In this document: piece by piece, positions 1 to 9,067 of the stretch
Position numbering within the stretch: the first letter of the stretch is position 1
Layout: every line of letters starts with the position of its first letter
Assembly (NCBI GenBank): GCA_019057635.1
Contig: DXJL01000095.1
Span: 1-25,614, forward strand
DNA length: 25,614 nt
Origin: Candidatus Heimdallarchaeota archaeon
GTDB lineage: Archaea; Asgardarchaeota; Heimdallarchaeia; Hodarchaeales; Hodarchaeaceae
Direction: 5' to 3'
Notes under the pieces: generated by a model
What the model was told of the DNA's origin: nothing
Seen by the model: the letters and a program-made list of their open reading frames with translations, nothing else
The model's database searches: none
Program-made: the position numbers and the translations under genes

Positions 1-429
1 GAGAGATTATTGAATCCAACGTTAAGTAATTTACCCGCCTTTTTGACCTCTAATACTGGAATTAATTCCGGACTTATGATTGCTCAATATACTGCAGCTG
101 CATTAACCTCTGAAAATAGACAATTATCTACACCAGCCTCTGTTGATACTATACCAGTCTCTGCAAATCAAGAAGATCATGTAAGTATGGGTATGAACGC
201 GGCAAATAAAATCCTTAAAATTGTAAATAATCTGCAATATATTTTAGCTATTGAATTACTATGTGCAGGTCAAGCGATAGATATCGCCGATATTGAAGAT
301 AAACTCTCACCTCAGTGTAAAGAAGTATACAGAGCTATTAGATCACGTGTTCCTAAGATGAATCAAGATCGTGAGCTGGCTCCTGATATTGAACTGTGTG
401 CTTCATTGATAAAAGAATTTAAGCTATAG
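1..429 (+). CDS. hutH: Histidine ammonia-lyase (HAL/PAL family), C-terminal part, truncated at the window 5' edge
   Basis: Frame is open from base 1 (ERLLNPTLSNLPAFL...). It carries the HAL C-terminal motifs NSGLMIAQYTAAAL, PASVDTIPVSANQEDHVSMG and DRELAPDIE. A hutI-like gene lies nearby. Confidence 0.9.
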   Translation, partial: ERLLNPTLSNLPAFLTSNTGINSGLMIAQYTAAALTSENRQLSTPASVDTIPVSANQEDHVSMGMNAANKILKIVNNLQYILAIELLCAGQAIDIADIEDKLSPQCKEVYRAIRSRVPKMNQDRELAPDIELCASLIKEFKL

Positions 430-1614
430 ATTATCATAAAAGAAATGGTAAAATCCCATGAGAGCATAAATAGCAGTTCCTTTCCAAAGAACTGACTCAT
501 CTACATTGAATTTCGGATGATGGTGGGGATGGATCACCCCCTTCTCCTTATTCTGAATCCCTAGTGTAATGAAAGCACCTTTTGTCTCCTGAAGATAAAA
601 TGAAAAATCCTCCCCTACCATAGTTTGATCCATATTCACTATTTGGCCAACATCTTGAAGAAGTGGTGTGATATTGTCCACAGTTTTTTCATCATTTATT
701 ACTGCAGGATAAGCCATTGGATCGAACTCTGTTATTCCTTTACATCTCCAAGCAACACAATAACCCTCTACTATCTGCTCTATTCGCTGAATTAGATATT
801 TTCTTACTGCAGAATTCATAGTTCTGAGAGTTCCTTGAATGATTGCTTGATTGGGGATAATATTATGGGCATCACTGGCCATTAGGACTGGAAGAGATAA
901 CACCGTTTGTTCAAAAGGATCCACTTCACGGGGGATGAGTTTTTGTAACGCATTATAGATATCTACTAAGACACTTGTAGGATCAACTGTTTGCTGAGGA
1001 GCTGCAGCATGACCTCCCTTTCCAATAATTTTTATCTCGAATCGATCACTCGAGGCGAAAACAGGCCCTTTACGAATTCCGATAACACCTGAAGGCAGTG
1101 GGTTCCAAACATGAATTCCAAATATTGTATCAACATCTTTAAGGTGATTTTCTTCCACAATTTTCTTAGCACCTCCGCCTCCCTCTTCTGCAGGTTGAAA
1201 CAAGAGTTTGATGCTTCCAGAAAGTTGCTCACGATATTTGTACATCAGTTTAGCTGCTCCCAATAAGCAAGCGGAGTGTGCATCATGACCACAAGCATGC
1301 ATTTTACCTTCAATTTGACTTTTATAGTCTGTAAAATTTTCTTCAAGAATATTTAAAGCATCGATATCAGCCCGTAATGCCGTTGTATTCCCTTTCGATG
1401 ACCCTTCAATGACAGCAAGAACTCCTGTTCCAACAATACGTTGTGATTGTAGGCCTATCTTTCCTAATTCGCTTTCAATGAATGTTGCAGTATTTTCTTC
1501 TTCATATAGAGTTTCTGGATGCATATGGATGTATCGACGGGTTTGAATGATATATGATTCAAGTCCCTTTGCCTCTTGAATGATCTTTTGCTTCAGTCCT
1601 TCCTTATCCATCAT
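424..1614 (-). CDS. M20D-family (Acy1/hippurate hydrolase-like) metal-dependent amidohydrolase/carboxypeptidase
   Basis: Motifs RRYIHMHPE, ALRADIDAL, MHACGHDAH, FQPAEEG, GKGGHAA, GEDFSFY and HHHPKF. Its 3' end overlaps the hutH stop (convergent). Confidence 0.92.
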   Translation of the reverse strand: MMDKEGLKQKIIQEAKGLESYIIQTRRYIHMHPETLYEEENTATFIESELGKIGLQSQRIVGTGVLAVIEGSSKGNTTALRADIDALNILEENFTDYKSQIEGKMHACGHDAHSACLLGAAKLMYKYREQLSGSIKLLFQPAEEGGGGAKKIVEENHLKDVDTIFGIHVWNPLPSGVIGIRKGPVFASSDRFEIKIIGKGGHAAAPQQTVDPTSVLVDIYNALQKLIPREVDPFEQTVLSLPVLMASDAHNIIPNQAIIQGTLRTMNSAVRKYLIQRIEQIVEGYCVAWRCKGITEFDPMAYPAVINDEKTVDNITPLLQDVGQIVNMDQTMVGEDFSFYLQETKGAFITLGIQNKEKGVIHPHHHPKFNVDESVLWKGTAIYALMGFYHFFYDNL

Positions 1615-1840
1615 TTATAATCATCCTGATTCTTTTTAATGGCTGATCTTGTCGTTTAGAGAAGATTGTAAGGCCTTAATGATATTTTCTCTTCTAGAAA
1701 ATCTGTAATGGTAATTTTAAGAATGAAATCAGACCATAAACAGAAAAACCAATCTCTGCATATAATATATTTGAACAATTCAGATGTCACAAAACTTAAA
1801 CAATTCAAAAAAAACCAATATGCAATTAGAAATTTCTTGA

Positions 1841-3184
1841 GTGGATAGAATAATGGATTTGAAAAAAGCTCTTGAGCTAATTAAAGAGAAAGAGGTTAAA
1901 GAACTAGCTTTACAATTCACCGATTTATCTGGAATTTTACACACACTCTGGGTACCTTCTCAAGCTCTATCTCAGATAATAAAAGATGGGATTCATACTG
2001 ATGGTTCCTCACTAAGTAAAATTGTAGATGTAAGTAAGAGTGATGTTAAACTTGTTCCCGATTTGAATAGTTTTATGATTTTACCTCCTAAATTATTTGA
2101 ATATAATGTTGCACGAGTAGTTTGCGACATTTTTGAACCTGATTCAAACATACCTTTTAGTTTAGATTCAAGATTCATACTAAGAAAAGTTCTTACCTCT
2201 CTCCAAGATCAATTAGGCCCAAATGTGATAGGAATTGCTTCTAGTGAAATAGAATTTTTTCTGTTTGAAGAAGGGGAAGATCAACAAGTTCAACTCATTG
2301 ATAATGCTGGCTACTTAGCTTCACCTCCTAAAGATCGTGGAACGCAGCTACGTCACAAAATAACTGAAGCATTAAGAAACATTGGGATTTTTATAGAGAA
2401 GCACCATCATGAAGTTCCAGCAGGCAAAAGTGAATTTAATATTCCATATTCCGAAGCTTTACAGATGGTAGACACAATATATTTGATCAAGTTTATTACT
2501 AAACTGATGGCGAACAGATATGGGTTCATTGCTTCATTTATGCCAAAACCGTTTCATGGAGAATATGGTGCTGGACTTCATACTCATATTAATCTTCGAG
2601 ATCAAGAAAAAGAGCTAAATTTATTTTCCAATTCCAGTGAAAACGCAAAATTAAGTCCATTAGCCCGAAATTTCCTAGCGGGAATATTAATCCATGCGAA
2701 AGGCCTTGCATTATTAACAAATCCATCTGTTAATTCATATAAACGGCTTGTGCCAGGCTGGGAAGCCCCTGTATACATATCTTGGGCTAACTATAATCGA
2801 TCAACCCTTATTAGAATTCCCCCTGGTAGTAAAAAAGCGGCTCGCTTGGAATATCGTCCTACTGACGGATCCTGCAATTTTTATCTAGCTTACGCAGGGC
2901 TATTTTCATCTGGCTTAGATGGTGTTAAATTACAGTTAGAGCCCCCTACTCCAGTTGAAGAGAATATTTATGACATGTCTGAAAATGAACGTAAAAACAG
3001 GGGAATTAAAGTGCTTCCGGGAAATCTTGGAGAAGCAATATTCGAATTTTCAAAGGATAGATATTTTGATGATGTCCTTGGCTCAAAATTTGTTCAAAAA
3101 TACGTTACACTAAAAACGAGTGAATGGAAGGAATTTAGTGTTTATGTTCATAAATGGGAAAGAGATAGATATATCGATGTTTAA
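1841..3184 (+). CDS. glnA: Glutamine synthetase type I family protein (start GTG 1841 or ATG 1853)
   Basis: LQFTDLSG, DGSS, EIEFFLF, HHEV, FMPKP, NSYKRLVPGWEAP, NRSTLIRIP and RLEYR motifs, with a typical WER..Y C-terminus. Confidence 0.85.
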   Translation: MDRIMDLKKALELIKEKEVKELALQFTDLSGILHTLWVPSQALSQIIKDGIHTDGSSLSKIVDVSKSDVKLVPDLNSFMILPPKLFEYNVARVVCDIFEPDSNIPFSLDSRFILRKVLTSLQDQLGPNVIGIASSEIEFFLFEEGEDQQVQLIDNAGYLASPPKDRGTQLRHKITEALRNIGIFIEKHHHEVPAGKSEFNIPYSEALQMVDTIYLIKFITKLMANRYGFIASFMPKPFHGEYGAGLHTHINLRDQEKELNLFSNSSENAKLSPLARNFLAGILIHAKGLALLTNPSVNSYKRLVPGWEAPVYISWANYNRSTLIRIPPGSKKAARLEYRPTDGSCNFYLAYAGLFSSGLDGVKLQLEPPTPVEENIYDMSENERKNRGIKVLPGNLGEAIFEFSKDRYFDDVLGSKFVQKYVTLKTSEWKEFSVYVHKWERDRYIDV

Positions 3185-3206
3185 AATACTACCAGTGGGA
3201 ATATGA

Positions 3207-4493
3207 ATGGTAATACAAGCAGATTTTGTCATAATTAATGCAAATGAACTAGTGACATTAGCTGGTTCAAGCGAAACTCCTCGTACTAAAGAAAAGATGA
3301 AGGACCTACAAATTGTGAATAATGGAGCGGTAGCTGTTAAAAATGGAAAAATAGTGGCTGTAGGCGCAACAGATGAAGTATTAGGACAAATAGATGAAGG
3401 ATATGAAGTTATTGATGCCACAAATAAATTAGTAACACCAGGATTGATAGATCCTCATGTTCATTTAGTTTTTGCAGGAACCAGAGAAGATGAATTAGAA
3501 AAAATGGCTGTATTAGGAATCTCATATTTAGAAATAAAAGAACAGGGAGGAGGAATGAATAAGTCCCTCAAATTGACATCTGAGACCAGTTTTGAGGATC
3601 AGATCAGAATAACCTCCAAAATATTGGATAAAATGCTCATTCACGGGACAACAACGATTGAAGCTAAAAGCGGATATGAAATGACTTTCCACGGAGAGAT
3701 TAAACAACTGGAAATAATTAAATCACTTAACGAATCTCATCCACTGGATCTAGTTCCCACTTTTCTTGCTCAAGGTATCCCACCAGAATATGAGGATAAT
3801 TCTGATTTATTAGTAAGTGAAATTGTCGAAAAATGGATTCCTGAGATCGCAAAAAGGAATCTAGCAGAATATGCTGATGTGTTTTGTGAAAAAGGGTATT
3901 ATAATCTTGAACAAACTCGTAGAATCCTACTCTCTGCTCGAAAACATAGCTTGAAACTACGGAATCATTGTGATTGGTTGGCTCATAGCGGAGGGACTCG
4001 ACTATCTGCTGAAATAGGGGATATTGTGTCAGTCGATCATTTAATTTGGACTCCTCTAGAAGAAGTAGACGCCCTTCAAGGACAAAAGACGATAATTGTA
4101 TTTTTACCAACATCCCCGTTTTGTTATGTGAATAAATACGCACCTGCGCGCGAAATAATCGATCGTGGAATGCCTGTTGCTTTAGCAACAGACGTGAGTG
4201 CGGCAAACATGTGTGAATCGATGCAAATGATGATGACGCTTGCAGTACTTCGTATGAAGATGACTGCAGCTGAAGCCCTAACTGCTTCGACTATAAATGC
4301 AGCCCACTCAATAGATCGAGCTCATGAAATTGGTTCAATAGAAGTAGGAAAAAAAGCAGATATTGTTATTTTTAATGCTCCTAATCATCGATTCTTTGCA
4401 TATAATTACGGTATCAACCTTGCAGAGAAAGTCTACAAAGATGGGAATTTGGTGGCAGTTAGAGGAAGAAGAACTGATTCAGATAGTTCATAA
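3207..4493 (+). CDS. hutI: Imidazolonepropionase-like amidohydrolase (divergent active site)
   Basis: PGLIDPHVHLVFAGTREDE, GTTTIEAKSGY, DVFCEKG, ALATD and GSIEVGKKAD motifs. It lies 22 nt after glnA and near hutH. Confidence 0.8.
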   Translation: MVIQADFVIINANELVTLAGSSETPRTKEKMKDLQIVNNGAVAVKNGKIVAVGATDEVLGQIDEGYEVIDATNKLVTPGLIDPHVHLVFAGTREDELEKMAVLGISYLEIKEQGGGMNKSLKLTSETSFEDQIRITSKILDKMLIHGTTTIEAKSGYEMTFHGEIKQLEIIKSLNESHPLDLVPTFLAQGIPPEYEDNSDLLVSEIVEKWIPEIAKRNLAEYADVFCEKGYYNLEQTRRILLSARKHSLKLRNHCDWLAHSGGTRLSAEIGDIVSVDHLIWTPLEEVDALQGQKTIIVFLPTSPFCYVNKYAPAREIIDRGMPVALATDVSAANMCESMQMMMTLAVLRMKMTAAEALTASTINAAHSIDRAHEIGSIEVGKKADIVIFNAPNHRFFAYNYGINLAEKVYKDGNLVAVRGRRTDSDSS

Positions 4494-4551
4494 GAGGTAA
4501 GAAAGAAACAAAAAAAGAATTTCTCCCTTTTTTCTTATCAACAGTATCTTT

Positions 4552-7500
4552 CTAATTTTGCCTTAGATTTTTAGATCTTTTCAGAATTACAAGGCTTAAT
4601 AGCAACGACCACAACATGAAATCCCATTGAAAACCTGGACTTGTCTTAGTTTTCTCTGTTACCGTTCCTATGTTAAAAACAAACGAAATTGAGGCTGAAT
4701 TTCCTGCGAAATCATAAACAATCAATCGGATAGTGTAGGAACCTGTTTCATAATTGTCTGGAGTAAGGTCTTTTTCTATGTAATATCCTGAACCTGTAAT
4801 ATTTATTTTGGGATCATTAAATCCAATTTTATTACCATCGAGAGTCATTTCCGCAGAATATTGATCGATACCCGATCCATCATCGCGGAACCAGAATATA
4901 ATTTCAGTAGTTTCCGTCAGGAACGAATTGTTCTCCATTCCAAACATTCCAATGACGGGTGAAGTTTCATCGGTGATAATTTCAAAAGATACAACTTCAG
5001 AGTTCCATGTAAAGTTGAAAAGATGCACTCCTTGAGTTAGTGGGTAAGTAAAATTATACCAACCATTTAAACCAGTTTCTGGTATTTCTGTTGTTATATC
5101 GGACTCAACACCAAATGCAGAATTTCGATAAGATCCAGAAATGGTAACTGAATTATTTGGTACAAAATTCGTTGATGTGTGAAGTGAAACAGTTACACTA
5201 TCATCAGTTAATGTATACAACCCAAATAATTGGGATTCTGTATTAGCCCAAGTTAGAATATCTTTTACTAAAAGATTATTAAAAAGTGAGTTTTTATATT
5301 CAAAACCTTCATTTATCTCATTATTGTAACCACGATTGGTAATAAAATTACTTCCCGATACAACAACGACTCTTCCACCTAGGGGATAATCATAGGATGC
5401 CATTACAACATTCTCCCGTTTGTTCAGATAAGCAAGTGGGGTCGCAGTTTTTGTCAACTCAAAATAGGATCCAGATGCATCAAAATACTCTGTTGATGTA
5501 CCAATAGAATTGAAATGAGTTAATTGGCCAGGAATAGTACCTAAATACGGCGATAATTCACTTGTCTGAATGCCCCATTTTTTCATCATATTTTCCATTC
5601 CTATCGGGGTGGTATAAGGTGTGAGTATTAGCCCCCCTCCACTACTAACGAATGAAGTGATTGCGGATTGTTCGGATGCTGATAGAACAGTTAAAGTATC
5701 TTCGGATGTTACTAAATCAATTGCTGATACATATTCCCACGTTTGAGTTGTACGATTATCGGCAGCAAACCAAAGGACATCATAATTAGAAAGAGCTTGA
5801 GGAGTAATCTCAGAGTTATTTTCGTTAAGAACTATTCCTTGCTTACTTAAATCTATTTTTAGATCCAGAAATTCTCCCTTGGTATTATATGAAAACACTG
5901 GTCTATTCCCAGTATAAAATAATACTTTTTGTTTGGCAGGTTCCACATTTATTGTGAAGTGAATCCGTTGGATTTCTGTAGAATTAACTTGAAACAAAAT
6001 ATCTCCAGAATAAAGCCCGAGTGGCTCATTATCTGCAACATTCACTGCGAGAACAATATCATGTGAGAAGTATTCACATAATTTACTTGTTGCTAAATCA
6101 CTGTGGCTACTCATTAAGGACTCAGAATCATTGACCCACTGTTGTTCTTTCAACGTAATAATTGAAGAAAGATTTCCAGTTATCTGGATGGACACATTCA
6201 CAGTTTCTGATGATGTGAACGAAAATAATTTAGAAAAGTAGGAACCTTGAAGCACGTTAGGAAATTTCGTAAACCTTAATTCTTTAGGATTGATGATTCC
6301 TGCTAGTATATGATTTCCAACTCTTGGAGCAGCCAAAAGATATTCATACGCGGCTGAGGCATTAACCTGACCTGCGCCTTGTGCGTTTAGGTCCACTCCA
6401 ATATCTGTAGCAGTAGCCATAAGTGCAGCTTTTATCGTTCCAGGGTTTACATCAAGATTATGTTCTCTCATTGCTCCAAGAAGAATCGCTGAGACACCTG
6501 CAACATGAGGAGCGGAAAATGATGTACCTTGAGGGGTACCATATCCACTTTGCACAGCGGGAGTTGGAACAGCAGTACCTGGTGCAACCACATCAGGGGA
6601 AACTGCATCTGTCCTCCAGATGGGACCACGACTGCTATAAGTTGCCATTGCTTGCATTCCTTCATTTGTTGCTCCAACAGTAATTTCATCTACAAAATTA
6701 TCAGCAGAGATTGTATACATAGTTCCCCCATCATTACCAGCGGAATGTACAAAAATTACTCCTTGTTTTGCTGCTTGACGAATTGTGGCTAATCTTAGTT
6801 GATATCCAGGGTATAAAATCAAGTCCCAATAAGCTTCATCGCCATCTGAGATCCCATAACTCCGATTAATGACATCTACATCATTTTCTATTGCCCAATT
6901 AATCGCAGCAATTTCACCTATTAGAGTCATATCTAAGTGATCTTCTGGGCCTTCATCAACATCGGCATCTAAAATCCACGATTCATTAGCTATCCCTTGG
7001 TTACTCGCTGTTTGAATTCCACCACCAGCGGCAATCCCAGCGACCCATGTGCCATGAGATCCTGCAATATTATCCAAATCTTTCTCATTACCATAAGTAG
7101 TATTAACAAATCCCTCTACTGCTTTGATACGGGATGTACCATTTGCAAAACTAAAATCAGGATGACTAGCATTTATACCTTCATCAATTATACAGATTGT
7201 CGTCCCTTGTCCTTTATAACCTAGCTCCCATAATTTATCTACACCAATAACCTGAGCTGATGTGAATGATTGAACAGATGGATTAATAAATGAATTTTGA
7301 TCGTGTTGAGAATTGGGAATAAAGTTACCCTTATTACCCGAAGTAACAGGATAAAAGTTCTGATATGCTAGATATGCATTCTCTCTTACTATTGAAGCTA
7401 ATTCGGGGGGAGTAGCTTTGATTGTAGCTCCTAAAAGTCCGTTAAAATTAAGCTCTGTATCATATCTAGATGTGAAACTAGTATATTCAGATGATTTTTC

Positions 7501-7710
7501 GAAGAAAATCAAATAGATACTCTCTTCAGTCCCTTGAATTTCTAGAACCTCTTTTTCTAAGACCTCCACCTCTTTGGAAATACTTGAAATATCAATCATT
7601 TGCTCTGAAGATGAGATATTCAAAATAATATTGGATTTACTTGTTAAAATCACAAAAAGTAATATGAAGATTGGTGTAAATTTTAGTAACTTGCAATACC
7701 TTGTCATCAA
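4552..7710 (-). CDS. Secreted/surface-anchored S8 (subtilisin-like) serine protease with SKI-1/S1P-like accessory domains and C-terminal PGF-type sorting/TM segment (ATG at 7707)
   Basis: Hydrophobic N-terminal signal. Catalytic triad motifs IIDEG, SHGTWVAG and GTSFSAPHVAG, with oxyanion SAGNDG. C-terminus is TSPGF, then a hydrophobic helix, then basic KRSK. Confidence 0.9.
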   Translation of the reverse strand: MMTRYCKLLKFTPIFILLFVILTSKSNIILNISSSEQMIDISSISKEVEVLEKEVLEIQGTEESIYLIFFEKSSEYTSFTSRYDTELNFNGLLGATIKATPPELASIVRENAYLAYQNFYPVTSGNKGNFIPNSQHDQNSFINPSVQSFTSAQVIGVDKLWELGYKGQGTTICIIDEGINASHPDFSFANGTSRIKAVEGFVNTTYGNEKDLDNIAGSHGTWVAGIAAGGGIQTASNQGIANESWILDADVDEGPEDHLDMTLIGEIAAINWAIENDVDVINRSYGISDGDEAYWDLILYPGYQLRLATIRQAAKQGVIFVHSAGNDGGTMYTISADNFVDEITVGATNEGMQAMATYSSRGPIWRTDAVSPDVVAPGTAVPTPAVQSGYGTPQGTSFSAPHVAGVSAILLGAMREHNLDVNPGTIKAALMATATDIGVDLNAQGAGQVNASAAYEYLLAAPRVGNHILAGIINPKELRFTKFPNVLQGSYFSKLFSFTSSETVNVSIQITGNLSSIITLKEQQWVNDSESLMSSHSDLATSKLCEYFSHDIVLAVNVADNEPLGLYSGDILFQVNSTEIQRIHFTINVEPAKQKVLFYTGNRPVFSYNTKGEFLDLKIDLSKQGIVLNENNSEITPQALSNYDVLWFAADNRTTQTWEYVSAIDLVTSEDTLTVLSASEQSAITSFVSSGGGLILTPYTTPIGMENMMKKWGIQTSELSPYLGTIPGQLTHFNSIGTSTEYFDASGSYFELTKTATPLAYLNKRENVVMASYDYPLGGRVVVVSGSNFITNRGYNNEINEGFEYKNSLFNNLLVKDILTWANTESQLFGLYTLTDDSVTVSLHTSTNFVPNNSVTISGSYRNSAFGVESDITTEIPETGLNGWYNFTYPLTQGVHLFNFTWNSEVVSFEIITDETSPVIGMFGMENNSFLTETTEIIFWFRDDGSGIDQYSAEMTLDGNKIGFNDPKINITGSGYYIEKDLTPDNYETGSYTIRLIVYDFAGNSASISFVFNIGTVTEKTKTSPGFQWDFMLWSLLLSLVILKRSKNLRQN

Positions 7711-8069
7711 TGGTTATTCCACGTTTTTATTTTTTTTCAACGCCGATATACAATTCGTCGGTGATTAAAGTACCCAGTACACGTTCTCTTATTTTACCTC
7801 TAAATTCTTTCCTAAGTGTAAAAACGGACTCATTCTTTCGAATTCAAACCAGAATAAATACATTCCCAAATAAATGTAATTGATGAATTTAGATAATTAA
7901 AAGAACCTTTTTATTCACAAAAACCTTGTAATTCTTGTTTTTTCGCTCTTAACTCTGATTCAATTAAATCGAGTTTATTCAATTATTCCTTAAAATGATT
8001 AAAAGAGAATAATAATACGCATAAAACAAATTTCTCGAATAAAGGCAATTAGAATGATTTAAATATGGA

Positions 8070-8083
8070 ATTACACGTGTAAT
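8070..8083. promoter_or_regulatory. Perfect 14-bp palindrome ATTACACGTGTAAT in the divergent protease/SNARE-like intergenic region
   Basis: Self-complementary sequence read directly. A role as a TF site is inferred. Confidence 0.35.
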
Positions 8084-8210
8084 AATCAAAAGAAATCAAA
8101 ATCACTCTCATGTGGTTTTATTGTCTGTTGAATTCCTAATCATAAACATTTAGAACATTAAATAAGTAACAGGGAAAGAAAGCAATATTAAAGAGATTGA
8201 GGCTTAATTT

Positions 8211-8930
8211 TTGGCTTTACTGACAAATATATTAGCAAAATGGTTTAAAAAACCAGCTGAACCAACAGAAAAGGAAATGATTAAAGATTTCATTCAAGAA
8301 CTTGACTCAGTCCTAATGTCTATGGAAGAAATGACAGAAGATATGACAAACGGTTTTAGCAACCAGGTAATTCAACGACGACCACTCTCGACAAAACTCA
8401 TGACTTATTTACCGAAATTTATGCAATCTAAAAATACTCGGTCCCAAAATGAGAAATTAATTGAATTGAAGAATACAAAACAGAAAATGCATACATTAAG
8501 GGGAACATTATCTAAAATTGATGAATCTGTTGATTCAATGGATCTCCATGCTGCTCCCCTTGAGGGAGAAGAGGTTGGGAATAGAATATACGAGCTTGCC
8601 TATCCTGGAGAGGCAATAACCTCTTCAAAAGTGGGAACATTAGAGGAAAGGCTGCAAATGCTTGAAAATTCGTTTTTAGCTTCAATGGACCAAATAAATG
8701 GGCAGATGAATCAGATTTCATCAAATTTACTAACACTGACTCAAAGACTTGAGGAACAAGGGGTAAAAATAGACCGTATTGATGAAAAAATTACCGATGT
8801 TCAATCAAAATTACAAAAAATCCAATCTACTTTGGCAAAAATATCTCGGAAACTGACTCAAAACAGAACACTATTAGCACTTTTGGTTGGGTCTGTAATT
8901 GCTCTCGTGATTGTCATAGTCATCCTTTAA
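8211..8930 (+). CDS. Tail-anchored coiled-coil protein with Q-SNARE-like motif (syntaxin/Qc-like)
   Basis: Residues 159-211 give a 3-4 heptad of 16 layers with central Gln (LEEQGVKIDRIDEKI), then a basic linker and a C-terminal TM helix ending at the stop codon. Confidence 0.75.
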   Translation: MALLTNILAKWFKKPAEPTEKEMIKDFIQELDSVLMSMEEMTEDMTNGFSNQVIQRRPLSTKLMTYLPKFMQSKNTRSQNEKLIELKNTKQKMHTLRGTLSKIDESVDSMDLHAAPLEGEEVGNRIYELAYPGEAITSSKVGTLEERLQMLENSFLASMDQINGQMNQISSNLLTLTQRLEEQGVKIDRIDEKITDVQSKLQKIQSTLAKISRKLTQNRTLLALLVGSVIALVIVIVIL

Positions 8931-9067
8931 GCGTAAAAGAATACTGAAAATGTTAGTTAAAATGAGACCCCAGAAAATATAAGAAAAAGAATATAAGGAA
9001 TAAGGAAAATAAGGATTGTTGAGCGGAAGAATGAATAGAAGGTTATACAGAATTAGGTGAAGACTGG

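Noticed and set aside
1032-7224. Short overlapping ORFs (1032-1232, 1993-2178, 3110-3421, 3727-4206, 6423-6683, 6468-6689, 6529-6792, 6997-7224)
   Set aside because: They lie within or antisense to well-supported genes and have no recognisable motifs, so they are treated as shadow ORFs.
8970-9020. ATAAGGA-like short repeats after the SNARE-like gene
   Set aside because: Low-complexity purine-rich spacer with irregular units and no clear structure.
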